A DNA stretch of 38,485 nt from Acidimicrobiia bacterium (GCA_041619515.1 JBFKDW010000020.1:1-38485), one strand, 5' to 3'. Positions 9,384 through 19,437 are shown, counted from the first letter of the stretch. Notes: generated by a model from the sequence alone, not told the origin. Program-made: numbers and translations.

Positions 9384-11879
9384 GTGACGACCACCAAACC
9401 GGACGCAGCCCAGTACGCCGAGACCGGCCTGTCCAAGCGACAGGTCCGCGAGCGGACTGCGCGCGGAGAGGTGAACGAGGTCCCGGAGGGCCCGAGCCGG
9501 ACCTCCCGCGAGATCGTCCGGTCGAACATCATCACCCGCTTCAACATCCTCATCTCTGCTCTCCTCGCCGTCATCCTCCTCGTCGCACCGATCCAGGACG
9601 CGCTGTTTGGAGGCGTGATGATCGTCAACACGATCATCGGCATCTACCAGGAGATGAAGGCGAAACGCACGCTCGACCGGCTGGCACTGCTGGCCACGCC
9701 CAAGGCGCGGGTGATCAGAGGCGGAAAGGTCCAGGAGATCCCGGTCAAATCTGTGGTCATCCAGGACGTTCTGGACGTGGGGCCGGGCGACCAGATCGTG
9801 GTCGACGGGCAGGTACTGACGGCCGCCGGCCTGGAAGTGGACGAGTCCCTCCTCACCGGCGAGTCCGATGCAGTCGACAAAGAACCGGGAGCTCAACTGC
9901 TCTCGGGGTCGTTCGTCAGCGCGGGTGGGGGGCGGTTCATGGCGACCAAAGTGGGCAAGGACGCGTACGCGGTGAGACTCGCCCAGGAGGCGAAAAGGTT
10001 CACGCTGGTCCGCTCCGAGCTTCGTTCCGGCATCGATTTCATCCTCAAATTGGTCTCGTGGCTGGTGGTGCCGACTGCGGCGCTGCTGGTGTGGAGCCAG
10101 CTCGACGCCACCCGCTCGTGGCGCGAAGCGCTGCGGGGTGCGGTGGCGGGCACGGTAGCCATGGTGCCCCAGGGCCTGGTCCTCGTGACCAGCGTTGCCT
10201 TTGCGGTTGGGGTTGTCCGACTCGGGCGCCGTCATGTGCTCGTACAGGAGCTTCCGGCCATCGAGGGGTTGGCGCGGGTAGACGTCGTATGCCTCGACAA
10301 GACCGGCACGCTGACCATGGGGCGATTGGCGGTGGATCGAGTGCAGCCGATCAGCGGTGAGGACTACGGGCCACCCCTCGGCGCACTTGCGACGACCGAT
10401 CCCAACCCGAACGCCACGCTGGCGGCGGTGGCCGCCGCCTTCAGCCCTCCCGATGACTGGGCTCCGACGGCCAGCATCCCGTTCTCATCGGCTCGAAAGT
10501 GGAGCGGAGCGACGTTCGGCCAACTCGGCACCTACATCCTCGGAGCCCCAGAGGTGGTGCTGGCAGGACGGGATTCGGAGACGGTGCGGAGGGCAGAGTT
10601 GTTGGCGCTGGAAGGGCACCGGGTGGTGCTGCTCGCCCACAGCCCCCGCCGGCTGCGCGGCGACGTGCTTCCCGACCTGCTCCAACCTGTGGCGTTTGTG
10701 CTGCTCTCGGACAAGATCAAGCCGGAAGCTCCCGAGATCCTGGCCTTCTTCGCCGACCAGAACGTCGCGGTGAAGGTGATCAGCGGAGATCACCCGCGCA
10801 CCGTGGCACGGATTGCCGCCGAGGCGGGCGTGCCCGATTCCGATGACCCGGTCGATGCCCGTGCCCTGCCGGAGGACCCGGGGGCGCTGGCCGACGTCAT
10901 GGAATCCCGTCATGTGTTCGGTCGGGTGAACCCTCATCAGAAGCGGGCGATGGTCGAGGCGCTCCAGTCACGGGGCCACGTCGTGGCCATGACCGGTGAC
11001 GGCGTCAACGACGTGCTGGCCCTCAAGAGCGCCGATATCGGTATTGCGATGGGTTCGGGAAGTGGAGCCTCACGTGCGGTTGCGCAGCTGGTTCTGCTCG
11101 ACTCGTCGTTCGCCACGGTCCCCCAGGTGGTCGCCGAGGGCCGGCGGGTGATTGCCAACATCGAACGCGTCGCCAACCTCTATCTGACCAAAACCGTGTA
11201 CGCCTTTCTCCTGGCACTCGCGATCGGCGTGGCCGGATGGCAGTTCCCGTTTCTGCCCCGCCACCTCACCCTGATCGGGACGCTCACCATCGGTGCCCCC
11301 TCGTTCTTCCTGGCGCTGGCGCCTGAGGCCCGCCGAGCGATCCCGGGTTTCGTGCGGCGTGTGGTCCGCTTCTCGGCGCCTGCCGGCCTCCTCGCCGCCG
11401 CAGCCACCTTCGGCGCCTACTGGCTGGCCCGCGACGAGGTCGACGTCAACCTCGATGAGGCCCGGACGACTGCCACCATCGTGCTGGTCCTCGTCGGCTT
11501 GTTCATCCTCGCCGTGATTTCCCGGCCCTTCAATCCCTCCCGGCGGACGCTGATTCTGTCGATGGGATTCGTGCTGGCACTCGTGTTCCTGCTGCCGGCC
11601 AGTCGCGTGTTCTTCGCCCTCGATTTTCCGCCGATGATCGTGCTCACCTCGGCGGTAGGGGTGGCTTCCATCACCGGAGCACTCATGTTCGCGTCGCTTC
11701 GGGCCGTCGAATGGGCCATGATCGCACCGGATGTGCTCCGGTCGCGAAAGGTGAAGCGCATGGAGCGCAAGCTCGAGGTCAAGCTGCAGGAGGTGGAGCT
11801 GGGCATCGAAGGCTGGGTACGGCGGACCTGGCGCTCAATCAGGGCGATATTCACCGGTCAGGACGACCTCGAGGAGTAG
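9384..11879 (+). CDS. Cation-transporting P-type ATPase (CtpE-like)
   Basis: DESLLTGES, DKTGTLT, ISGD, MTGDGVND motifs; TM4 reads PQGL. Confidence 0.93.
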   Translation: MTTTKPDAAQYAETGLSKRQVRERTARGEVNEVPEGPSRTSREIVRSNIITRFNILISALLAVILLVAPIQDALFGGVMIVNTIIGIYQEMKAKRTLDRLALLATPKARVIRGGKVQEIPVKSVVIQDVLDVGPGDQIVVDGQVLTAAGLEVDESLLTGESDAVDKEPGAQLLSGSFVSAGGGRFMATKVGKDAYAVRLAQEAKRFTLVRSELRSGIDFILKLVSWLVVPTAALLVWSQLDATRSWREALRGAVAGTVAMVPQGLVLVTSVAFAVGVVRLGRRHVLVQELPAIEGLARVDVVCLDKTGTLTMGRLAVDRVQPISGEDYGPPLGALATTDPNPNATLAAVAAAFSPPDDWAPTASIPFSSARKWSGATFGQLGTYILGAPEVVLAGRDSETVRRAELLALEGHRVVLLAHSPRRLRGDVLPDLLQPVAFVLLSDKIKPEAPEILAFFADQNVAVKVISGDHPRTVARIAAEAGVPDSDDPVDARALPEDPGALADVMESRHVFGRVNPHQKRAMVEALQSRGHVVAMTGDGVNDVLALKSADIGIAMGSGSGASRAVAQLVLLDSSFATVPQVVAEGRRVIANIERVANLYLTKTVYAFLLALAIGVAGWQFPFLPRHLTLIGTLTIGAPSFFLALAPEARRAIPGFVRRVVRFSAPAGLLAAAATFGAYWLARDEVDVNLDEARTTATIVLVLVGLFILAVISRPFNPSRRTLILSMGFVLALVFLLPASRVFFALDFPPMIVLTSAVGVASITGALMFASLRAVEWAMIAPDVLRSRKVKRMERKLEVKLQEVELGIEGWVRRTWRSIRAIFTGQDDLEE

Positions 11880-11888
11880 CCGCTCCGG

Positions 11889-12539
11889 TCAGTAGCTCCA
11901 CAGCGGCTCAGGTACCGACCAGGAAGGCGCTTGACCCCAGCGCTCGGAGTACACGACCTGTTCCACCGGGGGCCGCTGCGCGACGCCCCATTTGCCGAGT
12001 GGATAGCCGCAGGTGACCGCCGCTACGTTTCGCCAGCCCTTCTCGGTCGGGACTGCGAGGAGCTCGTTCAACTCGGCGGCCGCGAAGTGATGGAGCACGG
12101 TTGTGAGGGTGGCTCCGACGCCCTGGGCACGGGCTGCCAGCATGAGGTTCCACACGGCCGGATAGATGCCGGAGCCATCCGGATCGTTCCGAACATACGG
12201 GAACACGACGAGCGGAACCTGCGCGAAGTTGGCGGCCAGCCAATCCGCGGATGACATCACCTTCTTGGTGACCGTGTCACCGCGCGCCTCGGCCAGCTCC
12301 CGCATGCCGGCGTACACGGTGGCCTGAAGCTGGTTCCAGGAGCGCTCGTAGAGCTGCCCAACTTGCCCGATGAGGTCGCGGTCGGTGACGGCGACGAAGC
12401 GCCACTGCTGGGCATTGCCGGGCGACGGTGCCCGGATGGCGGCATCGAGCATCTGTGTGATGACCTCCTGAGGCACCGGGTCGGGCTTGACCCGCCGCAT
12501 CGCACGGGTCGTGTACAGGGCTTCGAACGTATCCACCAC
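11889..12539 (-). CDS. Nitroreductase family protein
   Basis: YTTRAMRR, AIRAPSPGNAQQWRF, IYPAVWNLMLAARAQGVG, GYP; AAGGAG RBS before GTG. Confidence 0.9.
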   Translation of the reverse strand: MVDTFEALYTTRAMRRVKPDPVPQEVITQMLDAAIRAPSPGNAQQWRFVAVTDRDLIGQVGQLYERSWNQLQATVYAGMRELAEARGDTVTKKVMSSADWLAANFAQVPLVVFPYVRNDPDGSGIYPAVWNLMLAARAQGVGATLTTVLHHFAAAELNELLAVPTEKGWRNVAAVTCGYPLGKWGVAQRPPVEQVVYSERWGQAPSWSVPEPLWSY

Positions 12540-12570
12540 GGCTCCTTTGGTCACCGGGAGGCTACGGCAC

Positions 12571-13407
12571 TCAGAAGTCGAGGCCCACATCCAGGCTGGG
12601 AGCCGAGTGCGTCAGGTACCCGACCGAGACGGCGTCGACGCCGGTGGCCGCGATCGCCGGTGCCGTGTCGGGCGTGATGCCGCCGGACGCTTCGGTGAAG
12701 ACCCGGCCCCCGGCCAACCCGACTGCTGCCTGCAGCTGGGCGGGGGTCATGTTGTCCAGGAGCACTGCATCGACCCCTGCCTCGAGCGCTTCCTCCAGCT
12801 GATCGAGGCTGTCGACCTCGACCTGCACCTTGACGAGGTGACCCAGCGAGCTCCGAACCCGGGTTACTGCCTCCTTGACCGACCCGGCGACGGCCAGGTG
12901 GTTGTCCTTGATGAGGACCGCATCGTCGAGGCCGAACCGGTGGTTGAATCCGCCGCCCATTCTGACTGCGTATTTCTCGAGAGCCCGCAGGCCCGGGGTG
13001 GTCTTGCGCGTGTCGACGACCCGGGCCTGATGGGGGCGCACCGACTGGACGAGGGCGGCAGTGGCGGTGGCGATACCGGACAACCGGCCGAGGAGGTTCA
13101 GGGCGGTTCGCTCACCGGTGAGGATGCCGGCGGCCGGCCCGGAGATGGTTGCCAGCCGCGTTCCCGCCACAACCGAATCACCGTCGGCCACCAGCTCGGC
13201 AACCTGGAGGCGATGGTCGACCAGGGTGAAGACCCGGGCGGCGATCGGAAGCCCAGCCACCGTCCCCGCCTGCCGGCTCACAATCTGAGCCTCGGCCGTC
13301 AGGTCGGGAGGGATGATCGCGGCGGTCGTGATGTCGCCCGCCCGGCCGAGGTCTTCCTCCAGCGCCCGGCGCAGAATCGGTTCGTAGGTGAGCGGATCAG
13401 GGTTCAT
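12571..13407 (-). CDS. nadC: Nicotinate-nucleotide diphosphorylase (carboxylating)
   Basis: GDITT, ERTALN, DTRKTTPGLR, NHRFGL, LIKDNH, LLDNM, EASGG. Confidence 0.97.
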   Translation of the reverse strand: MNPDPLTYEPILRRALEEDLGRAGDITTAAIIPPDLTAEAQIVSRQAGTVAGLPIAARVFTLVDHRLQVAELVADGDSVVAGTRLATISGPAAGILTGERTALNLLGRLSGIATATAALVQSVRPHQARVVDTRKTTPGLRALEKYAVRMGGGFNHRFGLDDAVLIKDNHLAVAGSVKEAVTRVRSSLGHLVKVQVEVDSLDQLEEALEAGVDAVLLDNMTPAQLQAAVGLAGGRVFTEASGGITPDTAPAIAATGVDAVSVGYLTHSAPSLDVGLDF

Positions 13408-13422
13408 CGGAGTTCCTCCCGC

Positions 13423-14943
13423 CTACGCGACCGTGGCCAGCGCTGGTTCGGTGTACGCCAGCCGGGCGGGGTCCGTCGCCTCAGGGTGATCCCGGCGGTA
13501 GTGGGCCCCCCGGCTTTCGGTGCGTTCCCGGGCTGCCACAGCGATCAGCCGGGCAGCCAGCACCATGTTGGCCGCTTCGCCGGAAATGTTCCCGACCGAG
13601 CGCTCGAGGTCTGCGAGGCGGCCGACGGCGGTGCTGAGACCGCCGGCGTCGCGGATCAGGCCGACCTCGCTCCACATCAGGGAGCGCACCTCAGCTCGCA
13701 GCGACGGTTCTTCGCCGATGTTCGGAGCCGGGGCGGAAACGACCCGGGCGGGGGGCAGCAGCGAAGCGGCCACCGAGGCGGCAGCCCGGGCCCCGAACAC
13801 AAGGCCCTCGAGCAGGGAATTCGAAGCAAGCCGGTTGGCTCCGTGCACGCCGGTGGCCGAGGCCTCACCCACCGCCCACAGGCCCGCGAGCGAAGACCGG
13901 CCATACCCGTCGACGTCGACTCCGCCCATGAAATAGTGGGCGGCAGGTGACACCGGGAGCGGATCCACACGGGGATCGAGGCCCGCCGCCCGGGCGGCTG
14001 CGAATGCGGTGGGGAACCTCTCGGGGAAGTCGGCACCCACTGCGGTTGTGGCGTCGAGGTAGATGGCGCGTCCCTCCTGCAGCAGCCCCCAAGCGGCGCG
14101 AGCAACGATGTCGCGCGGAGCCAGCTCGGCGTCGGGATGGACTCCGGCGAGGAAGCGACGGCCCGTGTCGTCGATGAGCACTGCACCGGCGCCTCGCAGC
14201 GCTTCGGTGAGCAGCGGCATCGGGTCCAGGTCCGAGGCGAGCGCAGTGGGGTGAAACTGCACGAACTCGAGGTCGACGAGGCGCGCCCCGGCCCTGGCAG
14301 CCATCGCCAGCCCGTCGCCGGTCGCCTCGACCGGATTCGTCGTGTATTTGTACAGCCGCCCGATGCCGCCGGTGGCGAGAACCACGGCCGGCGTCACGTA
14401 CTGGATGACTTCTCCTGCCGGGCCGACGGCAAGCACACCGGCTATCCGTCCACCGTCGACGAGGAGGTCGGCGGCAAACGTGTCGTCGTGCACGGCCACG
14501 TTGGCGCGAGCGGCCACTGCCGAGCTCATCGCCCGCATGATCTCAGCCCCGGTGGCGTCGCCGCCGGCGTGCAGGATCCGGTTGGTGCTGTGCCCCGCCT
14601 CGCGCCCAAACAGCAGGGTTCCGTCCGGGTCCCGATCGAACCGGGCTCCGTGCATGATCAGCTCGCGAATGCGGGCCGGGCCCTCGGACGTCAAGGCCTC
14701 GACGGCCGGTCGATGGTTGATTCCCGCCCCCACCGCCACGGTGTCCCGGGCGTGGAGTTCGGGCGAGTCGTTTGCGGCGAGGGCAACCGCAACTCCGCCC
14801 TGGGCCGATGGCGTCGAGCCGCCCTCCCCGAACCGAGACTTCGACATGAGCACGACATCACCGGGCAAGGTGAGGGCGGCGGCCAGCCCGGCCACTCCCC
14901 CGCCGATGACGACGGTGTCGGCGCGCACGATCCGGTCGGTCAT
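13423..14943 (-). CDS. nadB: L-aspartate oxidase
   Basis: GGGVAGL FAD motif, REAGHS, FVQFHPT, TEALRG, HYFMGG, HGANRLASNSLLEG, ESRGAH; ATGA overlap with nadA. Confidence 0.96.
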   Translation of the reverse strand: MTDRIVRADTVVIGGGVAGLAAALTLPGDVVLMSKSRFGEGGSTPSAQGGVAVALAANDSPELHARDTVAVGAGINHRPAVEALTSEGPARIRELIMHGARFDRDPDGTLLFGREAGHSTNRILHAGGDATGAEIMRAMSSAVAARANVAVHDDTFAADLLVDGGRIAGVLAVGPAGEVIQYVTPAVVLATGGIGRLYKYTTNPVEATGDGLAMAARAGARLVDLEFVQFHPTALASDLDPMPLLTEALRGAGAVLIDDTGRRFLAGVHPDAELAPRDIVARAAWGLLQEGRAIYLDATTAVGADFPERFPTAFAAARAAGLDPRVDPLPVSPAAHYFMGGVDVDGYGRSSLAGLWAVGEASATGVHGANRLASNSLLEGLVFGARAAASVAASLLPPARVVSAPAPNIGEEPSLRAEVRSLMWSEVGLIRDAGGLSTAVGRLADLERSVGNISGEAANMVLAARLIAVAARERTESRGAHYRRDHPEATDPARLAYTEPALATVA

Positions 14944-15947
14944 CGACCGGTTCCCCGCTTGACTGCCAGCATCCGTTCCACCGCACGTCGCGCCCTGGCG
15001 GTCACGTCGGGCGCTATCTCGACCTGGTGGGTGATCGTCTCGAGTGACGTGAGGATGTTCCCGAGTGTGATCCGCTTCATGTGGGGGCAGAGGTTGCAGG
15101 GCCGGACGAACTCGACGTCCGGGTTGCCGACTGCGACGTTGTCGCTCATCGAGCACTCCGTGACCATCACTACTCGGGCCGGCTGGTGGGTCTCGACGAA
15201 GGCTTGCATTCCGCTCGTCGAGCCCACATAGTCCGCCTCCGCCAGCACGTCGGGCGGGCACTCGGGGTGAGCGATGATCTGCACGCTCGGGTCCGCCTCC
15301 CGGTACGACCGGAGCTGCTCGCCCGTGAAGCGCTCGTGCACCTCGCAATGCCCTTGCCAGAGAACGATTTCGACGTCGGTCTGCGTGGCAACCCATTTCC
15401 CGAGGTACTCGTCGGGTAGGAAGATGACCCGGTCCACCCCGAGTGATTCGACCACTTCCACGGCATTGCCCGAGGTACAGCAGATATCCGAGGCGGCTTT
15501 CACTTCCGCCGAGGTGTTGACGTAGGTCACGACCGGGGCCCCGGGGTACGCCTCCCGGAGCAGCGAGATATCGGCGGCCGTGATCGACTCCGCCAGCGAG
15601 CAGCCGGCCCTCAGGTCGGGTATGAGCACTGTCTTGTCGGGGGCGATCAGCTTGGCCGTCTCAGCCATGAAGTGGACGCCGGCCATCACGATGATGTCGG
15701 CCTGCGTCTCGGCTGCCATGTAGGCGAGCGACAGCGAGTCGCCCACCAGGTCGGCGACCCCGTGGTAGATCTCGGGGGTCATGTAGTTGTGAGCGAGGAT
15801 GATGGCGTTGCGCTCCGTCTTCAGGCGGTTGATGGCGTCGATCTGGGGTGCGAACAGCTCGAATTCGGCGTCGGGCACGATCGCAGCCAGCTTCGTCCGG
15901 ATGGGGTCGGTGGCGGCGCGCGCTTGGGGGGTCAATTGCAGGGTCAT
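14940..15947 (-). CDS. nadA: Quinolinate synthase
   Basis: LAHNY, VHFMAETAK, AGCSLA, YVNTSA, CEVHE, AHPEC, CPHMK. Confidence 0.97.
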   Translation of the reverse strand: MTLQLTPQARAATDPIRTKLAAIVPDAEFELFAPQIDAINRLKTERNAIILAHNYMTPEIYHGVADLVGDSLSLAYMAAETQADIIVMAGVHFMAETAKLIAPDKTVLIPDLRAGCSLAESITAADISLLREAYPGAPVVTYVNTSAEVKAASDICCTSGNAVEVVESLGVDRVIFLPDEYLGKWVATQTDVEIVLWQGHCEVHERFTGEQLRSYREADPSVQIIAHPECPPDVLAEADYVGSTSGMQAFVETHQPARVVMVTECSMSDNVAVGNPDVEFVRPCNLCPHMKRITLGNILTSLETITHQVEIAPDVTARARRAVERMLAVKRGTGR

Positions 15948-15962
15948 GGGGTGCCTGCTCCG

Positions 15963-16005
15963 TTCTACTCGATCTGAGTATTAATAATACTAACAGGGAG
16001 AATAA
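15963..16005. promoter_or_regulatory. Tandem NadQ-type operator boxes upstream of nadA
   Basis: TTCTACTCGATCTGAGTATTA (15963-15983) and TAATACTAACAGGGAGAATAA (15985-16005) versus recalled consensus ttATRCTCannntGAGYATaa. Confidence 0.75.
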
Positions 16006-16056
16006 CTCATGTCGAGACCCCACTATTCCACCGACTCGGCGGCGGAATCACCGGGA

Positions 16057-16950
16057 CTACCGGGCGCTCGGCAGGCCCAGTCCTGGGCGCGGCCGCTCCC
16101 GGAGCACCTCACGCCGGAAGCGAAACAGCTCGGCCGGCCGGCCGCCGGTCCGCTGCTCGGCTATACCGGTGCCTTCCACCAGGCCTCCCCGCTCCACCAG
16201 CCGGCGGAAGTTGGGCTTGTGGAGCCTGACACCGGCCAGCGCCTCGGCCACCCGCTGCAACTGGGAGAGAGTGAACGTCTCCGGCAGCAGCTCGAACACC
16301 ACCGGGCGGTAGGACAGCTTGCCGCGGAGACGGGCCAGGCCGGTGGCAACCATGCGTCGGTGATCCAAGAGCATCGCCTCACCCAGCTTCCGGATCGCCG
16401 GCCTACCGGAGTCTGTTTCCTTCTCGGCAACGAGGCCGATCTCGTACAGCAGCTCGTAGCGGTCGAGAACCCGGGCGCCATCCCACGGCGTGCCGGACAG
16501 GCCGAATGTGATGTCGACCCGCTCCCGGCGAAGCGCCGAGTCGCCTACCCACTCCTCGAGCGCGTCGACAATGCTCTCCTCGATGATCCGGGGCCTCCCG
16601 TCCCGCCAGTCCTCCCAGGGAAACAGGTCATAGCAATCCACCCATGCAGCCTCACCCCCGGCCGGGGCCAGCCCGGCATCCACCAGGGCGAGATATGCGA
16701 TCGAGATGGTCCGGCCGGTCGGGCTCCTCGACTGGTCGCCGAAGGTGTAGAGCTGCTCCACATAGCCAACCTGAATGCCCGCCTGCTCCTGCACCAGTCG
16801 TCGCAGTGCCAGCTCCAGCGTGGGATCCCGGTCCGTTTCCAGATCACCGGCGGGGAGCGCCCTGGCGTCGGGAAGCGTCATCACCCGCGGCCTTTCGTCC
16901 GACACGGACACGATGACGGCGTTGAGGCGGACCGCGAGATTGCCGGTCAT
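16057..16950 (-). CDS. nadQ: NadQ/NrtR-type NAD-responsive repressor (Nudix-like domain plus wHTH)
   Basis: GYVEQLYTFGD, FPWEDWR, VLDRYELLYEIGL, DHRRM...YRPVVFELLPETFTLSQLQ...HKPNFRR; directly upstream of nadABC. Confidence 0.85.
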   Translation of the reverse strand: MTGNLAVRLNAVIVSVSDERPRVMTLPDARALPAGDLETDRDPTLELALRRLVQEQAGIQVGYVEQLYTFGDQSRSPTGRTISIAYLALVDAGLAPAGGEAAWVDCYDLFPWEDWRDGRPRIIEESIVDALEEWVGDSALRRERVDITFGLSGTPWDGARVLDRYELLYEIGLVAEKETDSGRPAIRKLGEAMLLDHRRMVATGLARLRGKLSYRPVVFELLPETFTLSQLQRVAEALAGVRLHKPNFRRLVERGGLVEGTGIAEQRTGGRPAELFRFRREVLRERPRPGLGLPSAR

Positions 16951-17471
16951 TTGCGGATCCAGGATGCTCGGCGCGCCGCCAGGTTGGGCGTCTCGACTTC
17001 CTCGAAGGTGACGAATGCCTCCGGGTTGACCCGCCGGACGATGGCAAGCGCCTCCTGCTTGCGCTTGCGCGGCACCACCGAAAACGCCAATCGCACCGGG
17101 CCGTTCCGACCCTCGGCGTTCACGTCGGTCACGGCGAATCCGGCTTGGCGCAGCGCGGTGGAAGCCTGTGGTGAATCGAATGGTGCCACCACCCTCAGCA
17201 CTCCCTTGCCGATGGCAAGCCATCGTTCGACGGTGCCTCCCAATGCAGTTCCCGCACCGAACCCGCCGGCAAATGCGATGACCTTGAGCGGCTGATCGAT
17301 GTTGGTCACTACCTGGCTGACCGCCAGGAGCCAGATGGCGGATTCAAAGAAGCCGAGCAGACCCGATACGGCCCGCTTCCCTCGCATCAGGAAGATGATC
17401 CGCATCGTGCCGATCGACTGGTCCGCCAGCCGGGCAACGAAGATTGCGAGAGAAATCAGAACCGTGTCCAT
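16947..17471 (-). CDS. DUF2179/UPF0316 family membrane protein
   Basis: IFVARLADQSIGTMRII, LGFFESAIWL, FAGGFGAGTALG, G-F-A-V-T...GRNG; ATGA overlap with nadQ. Confidence 0.85.
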   Translation of the reverse strand: MDTVLISLAIFVARLADQSIGTMRIIFLMRGKRAVSGLLGFFESAIWLLAVSQVVTNIDQPLKVIAFAGGFGAGTALGGTVERWLAIGKGVLRVVAPFDSPQASTALRQAGFAVTDVNAEGRNGPVRLAFSVVPRKRKQEALAIVRRVNPEAFVTFEEVETPNLAARRASWIRK

Positions 17472-17608
17472 GCGGCGCGGGAGTGTACGGCAATGACTTC
17501 GGCATTGCGTGGCAACCAGCGGCAACCCCGGCAGTGCATCGCAAGAGCCGGCACATCCGATGAGCCGCGGCGCGTTGCCCGGGAACGAGACGAACGGGAG
17601 GAGCCCGC

Positions 17609-18511
17609 TTAGGGTGTGGCCAGGCCGGCTCGGCGTTCGAAGATCTCGGCTTTGCGGGCCAGCTGGGTCGGGAACGCCATCAGCTTGTCCTGGATCTCCT
17701 GGGCCTTGACCGAGAGCCCGTCGAGGCGCTCGACACCCCAGTCGCGCAAGATCGGCACCACTACGCGGTCGTGGTGGATGCGGAGGTTGTAGACGCCGGC
17801 TTTGGCCATTTCGACGGCCCGCCGCATGAAGTTCGGCATAGCGATGCCCGGCATCTGGAAACGATCGAGCTCCTCGAAGATGGCCTGGAGGGTGATCTCG
17901 GGCGCCTCGGCCAGCATGGCCTTCACGACGCCCCGGTAGAACATGAAATGGTGGTTCTCGTCGGCGGCTATGCGCGACATCAGCTCATAGGCCACCGGGT
18001 CGTCGGTGATCTTGCCCGCATTCCGATGGCTCACCCTGGTCGCCAGCTCCTGGGCGCTGGTGTACACGAAGACGTTGACGGGAGTGGTGGCACCCGAGTG
18101 ATAGCCGTTGGTCATCGTCGCCAGGCGATCATTCTCCAATTCCACGGGGTCGGCGTTGCGAGATGTCAGCAGGTAGCTGCGCAGCGCAATCGCGTGCTGG
18201 CCCTCCTCGGCGGTCCAGAGATGATTCCATTCCTTGAGAGCGGTGTTGTCACCGACATGGGCCTCGATCTCAGCGTGGTAGTAGGGAAGGTTGTCCTCGG
18301 TGAGGAGGTTGAGGACCAGTGAGGTCCGGGCCTCAGGCGAGATCGTGCACTGGGATTCGTCCCACGGCTCTTCCCGGTAGTTGCGGCCCCGCTCCCAGGG
18401 AACGATCTCATGGGCGTACCAATGCTCGCGACGAGCCTTGTGCTCATCCATCAGCTTGCGGACGTCGTCGCTGACGGCGTCGAGTAGTTCGTAGTGTTCT
18501 TCGATGGGCAA
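17609..18511 (-). CDS. desA: Acyl-ACP desaturase (DesA-type, di-iron)
   Basis: NLLTEDNLPYY, WTAEEGQH, QELATRVSH, IAADENHH; GGAGG RBS before TTG at 18511. Confidence 0.92.
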   Translation of the reverse strand: MPIEEHYELLDAVSDDVRKLMDEHKARREHWYAHEIVPWERGRNYREEPWDESQCTISPEARTSLVLNLLTEDNLPYYHAEIEAHVGDNTALKEWNHLWTAEEGQHAIALRSYLLTSRNADPVELENDRLATMTNGYHSGATTPVNVFVYTSAQELATRVSHRNAGKITDDPVAYELMSRIAADENHHFMFYRGVVKAMLAEAPEITLQAIFEELDRFQMPGIAMPNFMRRAVEMAKAGVYNLRIHHDRVVVPILRDWGVERLDGLSVKAQEIQDKLMAFPTQLARKAEIFERRAGLATP

Positions 18512-18555
18512 GGATCCTCCTGTTTCGCCCTTAGACCCTGGTACCCGGCCTGCCG

Positions 18556-19437
18556 TTACGTCAACTCTTTCGACGATTCGGCGTCCGCTTTCTTGCGGCG
18601 TCGACCGGCGCCTCGATCGGCTTGCGGGTCCCACTTGAAGTAGCGCACCGCCAGGATGGCCGCGACGATACCCCAGAGGGCGATGACGGTGACATGGAGC
18701 CCGATGGCATATTCGCCGGTTCCCGTGATCTCATCGAACTCCATCCCGGTCCATGAGAAGCCGGTGCCCGTCAGGCCGGGATGAAAGGCATCGCCGAATG
18801 CGGCAACGAAATGCTTGAGGGGGAAGATGTTGCCTAGTGCCTCCAACCAGACCGGAGGGTTTTCAACGGGGATGAACACGTCCGATACGAAGGCGATGGG
18901 CAGCAGCGTGGCGTTTGCCACTGCCGGGGCCGTGTCGGCACTAGGGATGACGGCCGCTACGAACAGGCCGAGCGCCGCGAACGCAGCCGATCCCACCAGG
19001 AACGAGATGACCGCCGCCGGGAACGTGCGGCCGATGATCTCAACGCCGTAGACGGCAATACCGACACTCATCATCAGGAGCGCGGCCAGCGTGGCGATCC
19101 ACATGGCGGACCCCACTCGGCCGGCAATGTAGAGCCCGGGCGGCAACGGTGTCCCCCGCACCCGCTTCAGGATCCCCTCGTCCCTGGCGATGGCGGTGGA
19201 CGTGCACAGATTGGTATAGGTCGCAGAGGCGGCGCCGAACACTGCCAGAGCCGGTGCGTAGAACTGCGCGGTGGTGACACCGAGGGCCCCGATTGTGTCG
19301 TTCCCAAATATGGCGGCAAAGAGCACGAGAAACATGAGCGGAAACACGAGCGTGAAGAAGGCCGCGATCGGGGTGCGCCAGAAGATCTTGTTCTGATATT
19401 TGATCTGTCGATACAGGAGGCCGAAGTCTCTACGCAT
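18556..19437 (-). CDS. ABC-2 type transporter permease
   Basis: FFTLVFPLMFL, RDEGILKRVRGTPL, FPLKHF; about six TMs. Confidence 0.9.
   Translation of the reverse strand: MRRDFGLLYRQIKYQNKIFWRTPIAAFFTLVFPLMFLVLFAAIFGNDTIGALGVTTAQFYAPALAVFGAASATYTNLCTSTAIARDEGILKRVRGTPLPPGLYIAGRVGSAMWIATLAALLMMSVGIAVYGVEIIGRTFPAAVISFLVGSAAFAALGLFVAAVIPSADTAPAVANATLLPIAFVSDVFIPVENPPVWLEALGNIFPLKHFVAAFGDAFHPGLTGTGFSWTGMEFDEITGTGEYAIGLHVTVIALWGIVAAILAVRYFKWDPQADRGAGRRRKKADAESSKELT

Noticed and set aside
15948..16056. NAD riboswitch upstream of nadA
   Set aside because: The spacer is short and explained by the operator palindromes and promoter.
12487..17295. Long plus-strand ORFs (12487..13950, 14137..15231, 16009..17295)
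   Set aside because: Antisense shadows of nadC/nadB/nadA/nadQ, typical of high-GC DNA, with no recognisable motifs.
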